A stretch of 64,000 bases of DNA. Source: the human T2T-CHM13v2.0 reference genome, Homo sapiens. Shown here in pieces: positions 60,358 through 64,000 of the stretch. The DNA lies in NCBI RefSeq assembly GCF_009914755.1, contig NC_060925.1. One strand, given 5' to 3'. Made by a program: the position numbers and the translations under genes. The notes below the pieces were generated by a model, which searched no databases, was not told the origin of the DNA, and worked only from the letters and a program-made list of their open reading frames with translations. The first letter of the stretch is position 1. Each line of letters opens with the position of its first letter.

Positions 60358-62401
60358 AATTCATAGATCCAATATCATGATAAATATTAGAACCAAAACA
60401 ATCTTGTGATTGGACATAGGGCATAGAGATAGATAAAAGTTCCAAGGTTGATACCCAAGCTTCTAATGTGGTCAAGTGAGTGATGATGTTCCATTCACTA
60501 AGATGGGAAATACAGAAAGAGTAATAGGTGGAATTGGAGGAAGAGAGAAGAGTTTAGGTTTTTACATGTTGATTTGAGGTAGCTTTAAGGCATCCGAGTG
60601 GAAATGTGCAGTGGATGTTTGGATATATTTATCCTAAGTTCAGTAGAGAAAACTTAGCTGGAGATTCAAATTTAGGAATCATTAGAACATGTATTATTGA
60701 GCCATGAGTGAGGTAGAAGGATGACCCAGAACTCCATGGAACAGAACTCCATGGAACACCAACATTTAAGACATGTACAGTACATAGGAAGAATAGGCAG
60801 AAAAGAAATAATCAAAGATTAGATCAATACAGCGATTTTACTGCAAGCTGTAGAAAATTCAAGGGAAACGTTGAACTTCAAGGAAATACTTCACTAAACA
60901 TAAGAAGTAGTTGAGATTTATACTATGCCTCAACTTTAGTACTTGGTTCTCTCTTATTAAATACTTAGCGTTTTATTTTCCCATTCCACTCTGCCCTCAC
61001 GCTGTTGGCTCTATCCTAAAACTGGTTTCTCTCATAATTATAAGATTACTACCAATGGCGATTGGTAATATGAACTTCCTCTTTCAAATCCAGCAAGAGA
61101 GAGAAGTAAGCTTCTATTGTAGCTCTCTCTTATGTGCAAAACCTTTCTTCCCTGAGTCTTTCAACAAGCCTCATCTTACATCTCATTGACCCAAAAGAGC
61201 TAAGGACTTCCCATCCTAGAAAAAGAAACGGAGTTATATGACTGGCTTTGTCTGATCAGTTGGCGTAGAGTAGACAGGGCTCTCAATTTCAATTATGCAA
61301 GAAACATGTAAAGGAAAAACAAGGGAAAGTAACACTTTGGAAATAGTGAGGGAAAAATGTTTTAAGGAGGGAACGGTCAACTGTCAAATGATGCACAGAA
61401 ACGTCAAGCAAGATAAGTATGACTAAAGGCTCCTTGGATTTAGCAACAAGGAGGTCATTGGTGATCTCAGCAAAAGCAATTTGCTTAAATGTTGGGGGGG
61501 GAATCCATAGGAATCTGCATTAAGGGGTAAGTAAAGAAACCTGTAAAACTCAAGAAAGAAGTAATGTACTAAATGTACCATGTCTTCTTCCTACTATTAT
61601 GATAAGCAGGTTCTGATTATCCCATATTATAGCAATTTTGCCTAAAATCCGAGATTTCTGAACCTATAAATAGATATGTCCACCTATCACCTCTCAGAGT
61701 AGAGAGAATAAGGACCACTTTAAATATTCAAATTTAGTTTTTGTTATATATTATATATTAGTTGAATAGTCAAGTTAATATTCAGTGAGACTCAACCTAA
61801 GGAAAGAAAAATGGTCATGGGAGTATTAGCCTGGGCTGCAAAATTTACTGAAATAGATGCGATAATTATACTATTAGTTATTGGGTTTCTATTTGATTCT
61901 ACAATGACATTTTTAAAAGTTAATATTATTTTTGCAGTTGTCACGGAGTGAGCAGTTAGGCTAGACATAATGGGAATGGAAAGATAGAAAGTGAACTATA
62001 AATTGAATGGGGAATCAAAGGAGAATAAGTGGTGAAGAATTCTTAGCCAGTGTCCAATTTGAGTCTATTTCTCCAAGCCTCTGTAGATTTTTTTTTTTTA
62101 ATCTTGTCTCTCTAACTAAGCCATCAGAAACCACAGTAATGCTGTAGGGATTTGGAGGGAAATTATGGAAAGTCTTTGACTGAACTTGTGGCTCTCTGTT
62201 CTGGCTATCATAGATTTTTGGTTACTCATGGCCATGCCAGCCAGTACTTCAAGCACTATAGAGAACAAATGTGGGTGTCTTCCAAGCTGTGGATCCAAAA
62301 CCTTAGACACATAAAGTAATTGGACAAGAAGTGTTTATTTCTCAGAATTTTGCTCCTGTATCTATTGTCCCTGTCCTGTGCACCTGAGAGTGGCAAAGTG
62401 A

Positions 62402-62827
<426 letters not shown>

Positions 62828-63965
62828 TAGTATTAAAAGTTTAGGATTCACTGCTAGAAGAACATTTTATAGCTATGTAAATCTGACACCCCAAAATTCC
62901 AGGCAGTATTATATGAATACTTTAAGAACTGCTGTTTAAAACTTTTGCAATTGCTGAAAACAACCATGGTTTCAGAAGGAGAATTTGTATTTTAGAGTCT
63001 AATTACATCACTTCTGTTACTCCTACAGTCTATCGGATTATGCCACAGTCACTATAGTCAGAATATTTGGTTTCATGTATTAAATCTTTACATAAGGCAT
63101 TGTGTTAAATGCTTTAATGTATTTCTTTATCTAACTTTCACAGCAACTATATGAAGTAAGCACTATTATTTTGTTAAAGAAGAAACTCATACTCAGAGGT
63201 TAGGTTACTTGCCAAGCTCACCTGGGTAACTTATCATTTTATATTTCCCTCCTATATGTAACAGAAAATAATATGAAGGTGATACTATAAAAGATAAATG
63301 CAAAAACATGTTATTTTAAATTCAGACATTGCACTCTGATTTGGTCAAATCCTCTATAGGGATGACAAGGCTGTTTTGCCCTAATTCTAAAATGATACTC
63401 TTTTAAAAGTATTAGGAGTCTTAAACACATTGAATATCCATAAAATGTTAAATTAAAGGATAATATCTGCAAGAGTATGTTAGAATGATGGAGCAGAAAA
63501 ACATTGCAGCCAAAAGGCTACAGTGACATATTAAAACCAATGAAACCAAACACTTCGCTTCTGGAATGGATAACCAAGAAACTATAAAATCCTAGCATTT
63601 TAAAATCTGAAAATTCTTTAGTAACAAAAGACTAGGCATTCAAAGGTCTCCTTTAGCATCAGTGACTCTTTCCACCCTGAGTGTCTGTTCCCTCCCTGAG
63701 TGTTCTAGGTTAAGTGCATAATGACTTGGCAGTTGGAGTAATAAAGATGGATAACAAGGGTCAATATCAGGATGGACACAGAGGAAGAGGAAGGCTTTAA
63801 AAATTTGCTGATTAGTTTTGGCTCACAAACTTACCTCTTATGCTGAACTTGCCTGTGATTTTCTCACATCTACAATATCAGTTCAGCTATTAAGCACTTC
63901 AGGATTGCCAGGATTGTCATCTCTGAGACATGCCTAGGAATTTATCAGAAGAAGAAACTAGAAGA

Positions 63966-63967
<2 letters not shown>

Positions 63968-64000
<33 letters not shown>
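63968..64000. repeat. (GT)n microsatellite, truncated by the window end
   Basis: direct inspection. Confidence 0.98.

Noticed and set aside
60727-60756. 15-bp perfect tandem duplication cagaactccatggaa
   Set aside because: Simple slippage inside an L2 remnant; no array or spacer structure

Overview
AT-rich primate (human-like) genomic DNA inside LRRC7 (Densin-180, LAP family postsynaptic scaffold), transcribed on the + strand. I traced 12 internal coding exons (16289-57636, 3226 nt). All have GT-AG boundaries and compatible phases, and they join into about 1075 stop-free codons: the last LRRs, the LAP-specific region, the long disordered middle with the CaMKII-binding densin-IN motif, and two pre-PDZ cassettes. 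The start codon and PDZ exons are outside the window. The introns carry ordinary mammalian repeats: a truncated L1PA, seven Alus, a nested Tigger6/MER21C/Alu/MLT2A1 stack, THE1, MST, MLT1A, Tigger3, MER5, MER102, L2, MIR, L3 and L1M. There is no prokaryotic-type system, CRISPR array, tRNA or rRNA. The most interesting unexplained structure is hidden splicing architecture. It includes a candidate 9-nt neural microexon, a 120-nt exon in a different frame inside a known exon, a candidate stop-containing exon under a QKI element, RBFOX motif clusters, and alternating-orientation Alus that bracket three frame-closed exon modules. All of these are predictions from sequence, and repeat subfamily names come from recall of consensus sequences, not a database search.
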